NCBI GenBank assembly: GCA_020891255.1
Contig: BQFW01000010.1
Coordinates: forward strand, 186,001 to 250,000
Length of the DNA stretch: 64,000 bases
DNA from: Entomortierella parvispora E1425
Taxonomy: Eukaryota > Fungi > Mortierellomycota
Reading direction: 5' to 3'
The notes beneath the pieces are model-generated. The model had not been told where the DNA came from. It was given only the letters and a program-made list of their open reading frames with translations, and did not search any database. This document shows, one piece after another, positions 35,163 through 45,622 of this stretch (positions are counted from its first letter, which is position 1; each line of letters opens with the position of its first letter). Made by a program: the position numbers and the translations under genes.

Positions 35163-38100
35163 CTACTCCTCGTAAGCATCCATTGGTCGTTGGTCTTCAT
35201 CAGAAATATATCCACCATCGCTTGTGGAAAAGCTGGCGCCACAAGAATGTGAGCCGTCGATCATATCATCCCCTCTTGCTCCACCATTGACCCCGCTTGT
35301 GATCGCAGCCGAGTAGGCCCTTTGCCCGTCCACCCTCCAATCGCCAGACAATCTTGGAGGTGATTGTTGGAGATGACGGAACGATTTCGAGGGCGGATAT
35401 CTTGTCTTTCCTCTCATCACGCCTCTTGCCCCACTTCCTTGATGGAATCTGTTATTCTTGAATGCGGAAAATAGAGGGCCCGATGGGCTTGGAGATCGTG
35501 ACGAAGGAAGCTCCAACACATCTTCACGAGGTACGGAAGCCTCAAAGGCGTACTCATCGCTCCCTTGGAGCAGCACCTGTCGCTGCTCCTCATCGAGGCC
35601 GTGCGCCTCCGCGAACTTTGCACCCACCGTAACCAAACGTGTGTCGGACCACCATTTCAACTTGATCGAGAGGTTCGCCTTTTGGACATCGGGACTGTCC
35701 AGGTTAATGGTCCAGGCATACACGATATGGTCACCACCTCCTGTGATAAACTCCAACACGCCCGGATTGGGATTCCAGGCCACGCATCGAACATAGCCCA
35801 GGAATAAATCCAACGCCGCCCGACATCTCCACTCGGTCTGGCCGTCGACCGTATCGCCAGAGGTATGTCGGCCCCAGATTTGGACTGTCTTTCGGTCAAA
35901 GCCACAGGCGATCCACTGACCACAGGGAGACCAGGCAACAGATCGGATCCAACAACGAGGGCTCTCCAGCACCAGCGTCTCTGTTCGATGAACAAGGTCC
36001 CAGATCCGGGCCGTTCGATCGCCACTACCAGTCACCACCATCCGACCACAGGGTGAAAAGGCCAAATCGCAGATATCGCCCTGGTGACGGCCAACAACCT
36101 CTGAGCATGGGCTGCCGCTGGAGATGTCCCAAAGCCGAACATTTCGGTCATCGCTTCCCGTCGCAAACTGGTGACCCTGTGGTGAGAATGCAATGCAGTT
36201 AACCGCAGCATAATGTCCTTCGGGAACAAAGACTTGTTTTCTTTCCTTTAGATCCCAGAGTTTCACGCGTCCATCCTTGCTACCAGAGACGAACCAGCGG
36301 CCGCAAGGTGAATAGGCCATACAGTGCCCACTGATAGGCAGGAGAGCCGGCACCTGTCCTCCCATCGTATTGCTGCCAGGAAGGACACGGAGGGTTATCT
36401 TCTCTCCTTGATCGGCCACAGCCAAATGTTTACCGTCCGGAGAGTAAGCGACGCCCTCAATTCGACCTGAGGGCCCGAAATCCAGGGCTTCAGACTCTCC
36501 TGTGCCAACATCCCATTTTCGAATGGTCCTGTCCCAACTGCTCGAAAACAAATGCTGGCCAGTTGGGGAGTAGGCCACCATAGAGACCAAGGAGGTGTGG
36601 CCGCGCTGTTCAGCATGAGGACCGTAGCTGCCCATCCTTGCGGCCGCCAGTTCCCTGGAGAGATTCCAGAACCTTGCCGTTCGATCGCGGCTGCAAGTCG
36701 AGATTTCATGATCATCGAGAAAGACCGTATCGTAAACCCCATTAGCATGTCCACAGAGCTTTGTAATCTCTCGCCCGGTCTTTGCGCACCAAATCCTCAC
36801 AGACTGATCGCGGCTGGAGGACACGAGCCATTGGCCATCGGGTGAGAAGGACATGGCGGTCACATCGCTTGAATGGCCCTTCAAGCAGAGTGGCGGCTTG
36901 GGATAAAGAGTCTGGAGGAGCACATCGTAGCCGTAGGCCACTGCAATGTGCTGACCACTGGGTGCAAAAAGGACTTTGCTAAGCTTGTAGCCGCCTCCGT
37001 TATACAAGCTAGAGTGGTTTCCTGTCTTCACGTTCCATAAGAGGAGATGTCCATTTTGTGATCCAGACACTACCTGGGTTCCATCAGGGGACCAGGCTAC
37101 GCACAAAACTTCGTCATCGTGGCCATTGAGAACACGGATGCATTCGCCAGTGCTTGCATCCCAGATCCGAACTGTCTTGTCGTAACTGGCCGTGGCGACT
37201 TGAAGACTATCCAAAGAAAAGGCGACACACGATACATCCGCTTGGTGTCCCTTCAAGATGAGAGGAGGTGTACTCAAGTCTTTTTTCAAGAAATGAGAGA
37301 TTCGTACTTCTGATTTTTCTCCACCAGTAGCCATCAGACCGGTGCCTGAAATCGCAAGGGAGGCGATTGCCGCACCAAAATGTCGGACGCAGGAGCAGTG
37401 GCTTCGAGACGAGATCTCGAAAATATCAACGTCGCCCTTGTCGCTTCCGAGGGCCAAATATTGACCATCTCTGGAGTAGGCACAGGTACGGAACGTCTTT
37501 CCCAACATGAGCGAGACTCTCGCCCCGAACTGGACTTGGCTCATCTCGGCATGGGTGAAATCAGCATTTCGCAACCAGGTCTTGTTGAAGCTGACGCCAT
37601 TCAGATCAGCCTCTCGAAAGTCAGCGCAGTCAAAGAGACCGCAGCTCAGGTCTGCTCCCGGGATTGCAATAGACCTCAAATCGGCATTATTGAAGGAAAC
37701 ACCGGCTCGAACCAGGATCGTGACTGCATTGACGGCTGCTTGGATTGATGCAGGATCTTTGAAGCTCTTGTCGCTTGTCCTCTTGTATCCTTGGTGTAGG
37801 ATCTTTTGGAACCCCTCACAGTCCTCGAGCGCACGTTCCGCCAACAGAAATACAATTGAAAACTCCTTGAGAACTCCGCTCTGAACCAATGGGTAGTCAC
37901 CAAGGCGGCGCAGAATCTCCTCCGAATCGTTGCTTGAAGTTCCTTCAAAAACATAGCATGCAAAGAAGTACTGGAGCAGCGATCGATGCTTGAACTGAAG
38001 TGTGTTTTGCACCTTCCTCAGAGGGCACAGCTTGAAGATGATCTGGGCCCGAATGTCGTGAGTAACAAGCCTCCGGTCTTTCTTGGAGTAAATGGCCGCC

Positions 38101-40541
38101 GCCAATTCTCTCATGTAGCCAAGAGCGACTTCCTTGAACCCCGTGGACTCTTGCATCTCCATGTAAGCCGCCATTTCTTCAGAGGACAGGCTAATTTCTC
38201 CAGTATGGACTCGGTGCTTGATATCGTCAAAGTGCTGGTCCATGTACGAGCGATAGAGCGTCAGGAGTGGAACTTTGATCTTTGAAGTGTTTTCCGCACC
38301 ACTCACGATTCTTGGTAGGGCCTCCAAGGCCATGAAGAGATGGAAAGGTACTTTGGTGAGCTGGATCAGGCTCTTGTTTTTGAGCAGCGTGCTTTGGTAC
38401 ATTTCAACGGTCCAGACGGTGCCCTCGATGCGGTGTTGCTGACGTTTCCTTTCCGAAACATACTGCTGTACAACATCACCAATCTCCTCTTTACCGAAGG
38501 GGACAAGGCAGGCTTGATGAAGCCCATCGGTCCCCTCCAGTTCAGGTCGCGACTTGAACCACTGCTCATATTCCTCCCCAAGGTAGGAGGTTTGGCAACT
38601 GAGCATCAATCTGGCCCCCCAATGACCTGGAGATCTGAGTCGGTTACTTGTGTACAGGTTGGTGTTCAGCTTTCGTTCATCGTAGCCGTCGCAGATGAGA
38701 AGGAAATCTCGACTCTCCTTCATCGCTTGAATGGTCTCGTTTGAGAATCCAAACGTTTTCGAAAGATGTTCCTGGATCAAGTTCGTCTCTGGGCTCTGGA
38801 TGTTTGGCAAGTCAATAAACAGCGGGATAGCGCCTCCGGGTGTATATTTGGCCCAGAGTTGCTGCTCCAGATGCCGAAAAAAAGTTGATTTTCCTGCTCC
38901 GGCGTCACCCAAGAGCAGAAAGACTTTTTGCTCCCCTTGCAAAAAGAAGTTGACTTTCTTCATGAGTAAAAATCCATTGTCATCGCTGGTTTGGAGGTTT
39001 GCCTTAGCGACTGGGGGCACATAGATGGACCGTTCACGATACACCACCATCTTCCTCCACTCTGCTAGTTTTTCTTCGACTCCAGGAATCTCGTTGACCT
39101 TGGTCATCACTGGGTGTGAGAGTGGGCAGGACAAGCGAATGTTCAGTGGATGGGGTCGAGATACTGCAGGGTCGTCGGGCACGATTTCTGACACGGACGA
39201 AGGTAGCATCTCTGGAGCTTCCGATGCCACTCTGTGGCGGATAGTCGAGATCCATGCTTTCACGGATTTATCTTTTGTCCATTCCGAATCAGTCTCCAGC
39301 TTGAACAAAAAATTGGCTGCTTTCTGGCGGAGTGACAGCTTCCACTCCTTGTCCAGAGCCGTCTCGCCCAGTAGCTGAGAAATGCCCCATTGAAACTCAG
39401 GGTGCGATCGGCAGGGGGCCTCATTCACTAGATCCTCAAAAGCTTCCAGTTCACGCTCCAGTGCCAAGAACTTAGCTGCCTTGAGATAGTCGTACCAGCC
39501 TCGCTTATGATTGGTTGCCGACCCTCTTTTGAGGGCCTTGAAGATCGAGCTTGCCCTCTCGAGTAATGTCGAACCATGGTACTCGACGTTCATATCTGGG
39601 TCTAGCAGTCCCTGGTAGCTACCACCTTGAGTTCCAACGTATTTCGACTCTGATTGCGTGACCTCTTTCGCTCGTTGGACCAGGTTTAGCACGACCTTGT
39701 CATTCCCCGGGGAGCGCAGCATAGCTTGAAAGGCATACGAGATATGGAATACCACATACGGATCGTCTTTTCTTTTCTCCAAAGGGAGTAAAGACTTCCC
39801 AGTTCGCTTGAAATCCACAATGCGTTCCTTTGTAGAATGGGCTTCTAAGCGCAACATGGCATCCTGGATCCGCCCGACTGCGGAGATTACCTCAAAGGGA
39901 GCAGGATCTGAGCGGTCGAGCCTTTGGATCCGGTCCTGAATCCGCTTCAAGATCATATCTAGATCTCCAGACTTCAAGAACTCGATAGGGGCTTCTTGGA
40001 GCAATTGAAGAATACCTGGAAGCAAATGATCGCCTTGATCTTGTCTAAACAGGGTGACGAGGTGGTCTAGCACTCGTCGAAAGAGCCTTTCATCTAGAAA
40101 GATTGCCATATTGACAATCTCTGCGATCGTGTCGCTATCGAGGGTGGTCTCTTGAACAAACGACTCGACCATCTTTTGGGCTAGATTCCGGATGCGATCC
40201 TGTTCGAATGGGCTACTCTTGACCCTGTTGAGCCACGTATGATCTGTCGAATAAGATGACTCCACCACTTGACTCCCATCCTGCTTCGAGGGTGCCGACG
40301 GAAAGAGAGTGGGAATAGCTTTAGCTAAGTAGATGATCTGGGTCGTCCTTTCTATGCGGCGATAGGGATCTGCAAAGATCTTCTTATTTAATCGCTTGGG
40401 CACAGCTGCAGAAGGCTCAACAACCTCTGGGATAGTTGGAAGGTCGTCGTTGGAAACGTGCTCTTCCATGATTTCCAAAGGTGGAGGTGCAGATGTACAA
40501 AGCTGTTGCCTCATGGCCGGGGGACGATAAGGTGCTGACAT
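35163..40541 (-). CDS. NLR-like protein: helical ARM-like N-domain, NACHT NTPase, pentapeptide repeats, ~14 WD40 repeats (1792 aa, intronless)
   Basis: Walker A GDAGAGKS (38909-38886) and Walker B FLLICDGYDE. Pentapeptide run FNNADLRSIAIPGADLSCGLFDCADFREADLNGVSFNKTWLRNADF. GH...WD-type repeats from ~37490 to ~35710. Confidence 0.92.
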   Translation of the reverse strand: MSAPYRPPAMRQQLCTSAPPPLEIMEEHVSNDDLPTIPEVVEPSAAVPKRLNKKIFADPYRRIERTTQIIYLAKAIPTLFPSAPSKQDGSQVVESSYSTDHTWLNRVKSSPFEQDRIRNLAQKMVESFVQETTLDSDTIAEIVNMAIFLDERLFRRVLDHLVTLFRQDQGDHLLPGILQLLQEAPIEFLKSGDLDMILKRIQDRIQRLDRSDPAPFEVISAVGRIQDAMLRLEAHSTKERIVDFKRTGKSLLPLEKRKDDPYVVFHISYAFQAMLRSPGNDKVVLNLVQRAKEVTQSESKYVGTQGGSYQGLLDPDMNVEYHGSTLLERASSIFKALKRGSATNHKRGWYDYLKAAKFLALERELEAFEDLVNEAPCRSHPEFQWGISQLLGETALDKEWKLSLRQKAANFLFKLETDSEWTKDKSVKAWISTIRHRVASEAPEMLPSSVSEIVPDDPAVSRPHPLNIRLSCPLSHPVMTKVNEIPGVEEKLAEWRKMVVYRERSIYVPPVAKANLQTSDDNGFLLMKKVNFFLQGEQKVFLLLGDAGAGKSTFFRHLEQQLWAKYTPGGAIPLFIDLPNIQSPETNLIQEHLSKTFGFSNETIQAMKESRDFLLICDGYDERKLNTNLYTSNRLRSPGHWGARLMLSCQTSYLGEEYEQWFKSRPELEGTDGLHQACLVPFGKEEIGDVVQQYVSERKRQQHRIEGTVWTVEMYQSTLLKNKSLIQLTKVPFHLFMALEALPRIVSGAENTSKIKVPLLTLYRSYMDQHFDDIKHRVHTGEISLSSEEMAAYMEMQESTGFKEVALGYMRELAAAIYSKKDRRLVTHDIRAQIIFKLCPLRKVQNTLQFKHRSLLQYFFACYVFEGTSSNDSEEILRRLGDYPLVQSGVLKEFSIVFLLAERALEDCEGFQKILHQGYKRTSDKSFKDPASIQAAVNAVTILVRAGVSFNNADLRSIAIPGADLSCGLFDCADFREADLNGVSFNKTWLRNADFTHAEMSQVQFGARVSLMLGKTFRTCAYSRDGQYLALGSDKGDVDIFEISSRSHCSCVRHFGAAIASLAISGTGLMATGGEKSEVRISHFLKKDLSTPPLILKGHQADVSCVAFSLDSLQVATASYDKTVRIWDASTGECIRVLNGHDDEVLCVAWSPDGTQVVSGSQNGHLLLWNVKTGNHSSLYNGGGYKLSKVLFAPSGQHIAVAYGYDVLLQTLYPKPPLCLKGHSSDVTAMSFSPDGQWLVSSSRDQSVRIWCAKTGREITKLCGHANGVYDTVFLDDHEISTCSRDRTARFWNLSRELAAARMGSYGPHAEQRGHTSLVSMVAYSPTGQHLFSSSWDRTIRKWDVGTGESEALDFGPSGRIEGVAYSPDGKHLAVADQGEKITLRVLPGSNTMGGQVPALLPISGHCMAYSPCGRWFVSGSKDGRVKLWDLKERKQVFVPEGHYAAVNCIAFSPQGHQFATGSDDRNVRLWDISSGSPCSEVVGRHQGDICDLAFSPCGRMVVTGSGDRTARIWDLVHRTETLVLESPRCWIRSVAWSPCGQWIACGFDRKTVQIWGRHTSGDTVDGQTEWRCRAALDLFLGYVRCVAWNPNPGVLEFITGGGDHIVYAWTINLDSPDVQKANLSIKLKWWSDTRLVTVGAKFAEAHGLDEEQRQVLLQGSDEYAFEASVPREDVLELPSSRSPSPSGPLFSAFKNNRFHQGSGARGVMRGKTRYPPSKSFRHLQQSPPRLSGDWRVDGQRAYSAAITSGVNGGARGDDMIDGSHSCGASFSTSDGGYISDEDQRPMDAYEE

Positions 40542-41727
40542 GGTTTATCTTCTGAATAATATATGAAGAATAGACATCGGGGGTATTAGATACTCATTTA
40601 CCGTCCAACGTGAGCCGAAAACAGCGACGACAAAACAGCCATTCTCTCTTACCGTATAGGGAGAAAATATGCTTTTTTTTTCTTTTTTTTTTTTGGTTGT
40701 TGGTTAGTTGTTGATAATGCCAATGGGTCTGAATGGCGAGATGTAGGAATGGAGATCGTTCTTAAGTTCCTTGAGGGATGTAGGTTGTTCTTGAGTTTCT
40801 TGAGGGATGGGCAGTGAAACGGTGCTTTTGGGGTTGAGAAGAGAAGGGGGAGAGAAAAAGATTTCGTCTGGGCCAGCTGTGGGTTTTCTCATCGTTGTGT
40901 GTCTTCGCCATGGCCAATTTCTGCTGCTTCGCCATGCTTTCCAATAGTATTGAAAACCACAAAGCTGGCTGTTCTTTCTTCTCGATTGCTTTTTTGTTGT
41001 TGATTGTGTTGCTGCCTTCGCCTGTCGACTGCTTAGTTTCCAAACGGTGATACAAGTGCACAAGGCATCGGGAATCATGCGGGAAAATCTTCTTGGAATC
41101 CTGTCCTTCAATTGCAAAAAAATGCATCGTCCCCCCATGTGCACGCCAAAAAACTGTGTGAACAGAGTTTCAAGGCCGCGCACATGATGGGATTAGAGCC
41201 ATCACAACCTCGCGTGGACAGCAGATGAGCACCCTCATTGCAAACCGGGCACTTGAGGCATCTCTGTTATGGACGCACTGAATATCTGGTCAAAGCTATG
41301 AGCATCGTTCTCTAGGTGGAAGATGGGGCGTGAAGAACAACTCATAATACCTTGGCCATGGACAGGAGAAGGTTGATCGTTAGTCGTTAAAGTTATGCCA
41401 AATCGTGTCGACTAGACTGTCAGGGGTCCTACTTCGTAGAATGGTCCGAGGAAGAAGGCGAAGCTGGCCCTTGTGAGCATGGCGTAGCTGGATGGGTGCA
41501 AATGCGGACCGTGCGGTGCAGGTGACGCCGAGACGCAGGTATGCAGGAGGCTGAGCACGAAAAGGTACAGATGTTTTTGTCCAAAAGGTGAAGGGAGCCC
41601 GTCATTGTTCCTTGAAGAATATTCCGATCAGCCACGCCCCAAGAGCCTTGTTTGATCCGAGTAGCGATGCGCCCAGTTTATTACTGCATGCGTGCAAGAT
41701 CTAACGAGAAGGAACTTTCTAAATCAC

Positions 41728-43643
41728 TTAGCCCAAAGGGGGTGCAGGGTTTCGTCGAGTTTTTCGACTATGGCTCCTAGAAGAATCCGCGTTAAAGCCC
41801 CAGAACAAGCCCAGTCGTAAACATCTCAGCTTCTCCTGTTCCAACCATTCCACCACCTGATATTTCCAATAAACAGCTGGCGGATGATGCATCAGTGTCG
41901 TAGTAGGGATGTGGTGAGGGTAAACTATACTCGATAAAGGGATCGTTGAGTTCGAGTGGACTGGAGACACCATAGTGGGATGAGTTGCTTGGAATGAGGG
42001 GGCCGAGGAGGTCACAGGTGTCGAAGCTGGTGTTTGCCCGGATCCTGCCCCTTGATGCCGTTGTGTTTGCGTTTGCGACTGCGGCTGCAGGCCAGAAGAA
42101 TCTGGCAAAGCTGAAATATCCAAACCCCTGTCTGCAATCGGCTGAATATTGGGACTGTTGCTGCTGTTGTTTGACAAGGCAGCCTGGGCCATGCGGCGAT
42201 GATGTGGCAGGACAAGGGCCGAGGGAATCTGCAGTGCAGGAGAGAGTCCAATACCTCCCATCCACTGATCATATATATCGCCCACAGAGTTGGAGCGGGT
42301 CGGTGTTGGGTGCAATTGCGGCTGTGGTGTAAGAGGTGAAGGTTGCTGAGGCGCAGAATGTCTCCGTGCGGAGGGAGAAGATGAAGTCGAGGGTCCCTCC
42401 AACGAGTCCTTCCATGAAGATGCTGAGGATTCCTCTGCATTATTATTGTTTTCTCTTTTAGGTGTCCATTGCTGACTCCTCTCCGTGTGGGATGATCCAG
42501 CGCCTGTGTTTCGATCGGCCGGACTGCTTGGGGGGTTGTTTCGTGATGGTGAACATTCCTCAGAGAGGTCCGTGAGCACTCCTTTGTTGATTGGTCTTTG
42601 GTTTGGGGAAACAGGCTCCGTTACCTTTGAGCTCGCCGAGCAGGAATTCATATTCTTTTGACACGAAAAGATAGATCCTGACACGGTGAGCTTATAGGTC
42701 AACTTCCAGAGAGTCGCATCGTTCGCAATCAAGCTATTATTTCCAAGCACATAAATGGAACGTAAGGGTCAGTTGTATGCTGGTGGTAAATATCAACAAG
42801 CCTTTTGTTTGGGGAATTGAGAATGCGACCGCAAAGCAAGCGCAACAGCACCAACGGGCGCAACGGTCGATCTTTCAAAATGATTGCTCCGTCCGCTTGA
42901 TGAGATCCATTCCATATTCCAGCAGACTTCAAAGATTTTATATATTACTTGTGAAAACGTCGGCTGACTTGCATAGTTCGGCCCAAGTCCCTGCAGGAGC
43001 TGGCGAGCATGTAAAAGATCATCCTCCAGACATCATCCACGAGATCGACCGTTTGTTGGTTGGTCTCAGAGCGGCATGGGACGTGCAGACCTTGAGTAAC
43101 AGCCGTTTCCTCTTTGATTGGGCCAACTAATGATGCTGCAGGTGCTGCAGAAGACTTGGGTCCATTCACCTCTGCTGGAGCCTGCAATTTATGTGGTTGC
43201 TGCCTGTGCTTCTGATCCATTTGTTGATCGTGAGGGTGCTGAGGTTGCTGATACCGATATTGCTTCTGGTCAGGACACGGCTGCAGAGGACCGATCGAGT
43301 GGTTCTGACTTTGTTTTACGGAGGATGGATGGTGCGATTGATATTGCTGCCTCTGTCGCATCGCAAAGACCACCTGCCGCTGTTGGTGTTGCTGAAGGTA
43401 TTGCTGTTGCTGGATGAAGGACAGTTGCTGTTGCTTTTGAGCAGACATGGGAGTGCTGTGGTTTGCTGATGACGATGCAGCGGCAGTAGCAGCAGGAGCA
43501 GAAGCGATGTCAGATGCAGTAGCGTGAGCGGAGGAGGAGGAGGGCGACAGAGTCTGAGAAGAAGCGAACGCGACAGTAGCGATGTCGGAAGTTTCCTCTC
43601 GGTAAGGATCCCGCGCAGAGACCAGAGCGATAGCAGTCGGCAT
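41728..43643 (-). CDS. F-box protein with flanking Q/S/P-rich disordered regions (~566 aa); exons 43643-42949, 42733-41728; 3' end uncertain
   Basis: F-box-like DLVDDVWRMIFYMLASSCRDLGRTMQVSRRFH|NLIANDATLWK is restored by a phase-2 GT-AG intron. Confidence 0.6.
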
Positions 43644-45622
43644 GGAGAAAGAGTCGATTGCACTGGAGGAAAGAATTGAAGACGAGAAGGAGGGGGAAGG
43701 GGGATAAAGGACGAATAGATAAAGAAGAGAAAGAGAGGGGGATAATCGAGAAGAAAAGAAGAGAAAGGACAGGAATGTTTTTAGGGGTTGGGACGATGCA
43801 CGAGGCGAGAACCGAGCGGACAGAAAGCGTCAATGGGAAAGGCTGGACGCAAGGAAATAGGTGAGAACGGACCGATGGGTCAGGGATCAGGGAGGAGAGA
43901 GGCGGGCTCAACGAACGATGCAAGGGGGTGGTGGATTCGTTGAGGTGGACAAGTGAAGAGGGCACGAGCAGAAGAACAAACAAACTGAAGGAGGAGGGGC
44001 AGGGAAAAAAAAAAGGATTCGATTTTTTTGGTGAAGAAAAAGAAGTGGATGGTGGGTGTATGCACAATGGTCCTTTTATTCATGACAGCTGACTGTGTCC
44101 CAAAGGGAGGGAGGATCCTGGTCTGGTGCAAGTGGACCAAACAGAGCCCGTGCGTTTGCCGCAGCTGCATCCTTCCTGGCTGGGGTCCATGGGGGCAGCC
44201 ACGCAAGAGATGCAATGAAGATGGACAGTGCATGGTGGATCTCTCTGTCTATGCACCAGACAGGAGGGCCGCCTTTGACCTGCCTCGCCCTTCGCTCTTG
44301 GGTGCGAAGATCAACCCTCCTTGCCTTGGCTTCTTTTCCCTTTGTCCGTCTGTCTCACTGCACACCGTGCGTGCAACGGCTGTTTCTGTGCTGTATGTAT
44401 CCCTCTCTGTGATTCATTCACTCTCCATTCTCGCTCCGCGTTCAGTGCCCGCTTTCAATGTCTTTTGCCTCTTGTCCTCTCACTCTGACTGCCTCCATCG
44501 CTCTTCTCGTGTTCCTGAGTCATTATTATTCACTCTGTTCTCTCTGGATCTTCATGTCGGACATTTCCTCCATCTTGTCATTCCCACAGGGGTTCAGCAC
44601 GGGATCAAAAGAGGATCGATCGCAAGGGCCCAATGAGAAAATGAGAAAAGAGATGCAGGCATGAAGATTGAACGTCAGACGGGACCGGAACGAAAGTGAA
44701 GAGAAGATGAGAAAAGAAGCGGAAAGAGAAAAAAAAAAAAAGAAAAAGAAAAAAAAAAAGAGATCCGGATCAGACGGCGGATCTGGGCCAGCCCACCGAC
44801 CAACCAAAGAACGCGCGTTTTTCCCTTTGCTTTTTCTGCTCGACTCGACTCGATCTCCCCTCTCTCATGTCTGTTGCTCATCCATGCCCGGCGGCCATCT
44901 TGATCCACTGAATCCCGACCCTTCATTCTTTCACTTCTCTCCTCTCTCGTCCTCTCTCGCACATACGCACTCTTTCATTTGCACTCAGACGGCACCCAAG
45001 CCGCCTGCTTCCTCCCTTCCCCTCTCACCGTCCAGGGTCAACTCCCGTTCCCATTCTCTCGACGACGCCTTCCTCCTTCTTCCCATTCACATCCGTCTCT
45101 TCTCCTTCCTTCCTCTTCTTTTATACCATTGCTACCTCCTTCCTCCTCTTCTCTCGACTCTCTCGACTCTCTCTACTCAGATCCATTCATCTCTCTCCCC
45201 AATCATTCATTCGTTCATCCTTCCACCCATCTCGTACAAACACTCACCCCATTGTCGCTCAACCACACACAAAGCCGCAACCCCCTTCGCTTTCCTTCTC
45301 TTCCCTGTCCTCCCTCCCACAGCGGCAACTTCCAACTCCCGTCCCCTGCGGCAGCCAAACCCCCCCAACCCGGGCCAACTTCCGACCACGCAATACCTCT
45401 CCTGGTCTTTTTTTTCTCTCTCTCTCTCTCTCTTTATTGCTGCTGTTGATCCTCTTTGGTCCCTGTGGGAAAACAATCCTTCGTATCGCTCTCCTTTCCA
45501 TTCAACTCTTGTTTGCCTCAGTTCATCGCTCTTTCGCCATCCACACGTACCCCATATCAATCGTTGCTAGCCCAGTACCCTCGCACGCTCGCATCCACCC
45601 GCTCCTAGTTTACATTCACTCC

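Noticed and set aside
35163-37500. HET-E-like hypervariable, concertedly evolving WD40 array
   Set aside because: The repeats are highly divergent from one another, with no near-identical 126-bp units.
44400-45620. Long ORFs such as 44668..45570 and 43510..44067
   Set aside because: CT/GA-rich leader and promoter DNA between divergent genes, giving low-complexity F/L/S/P translations.
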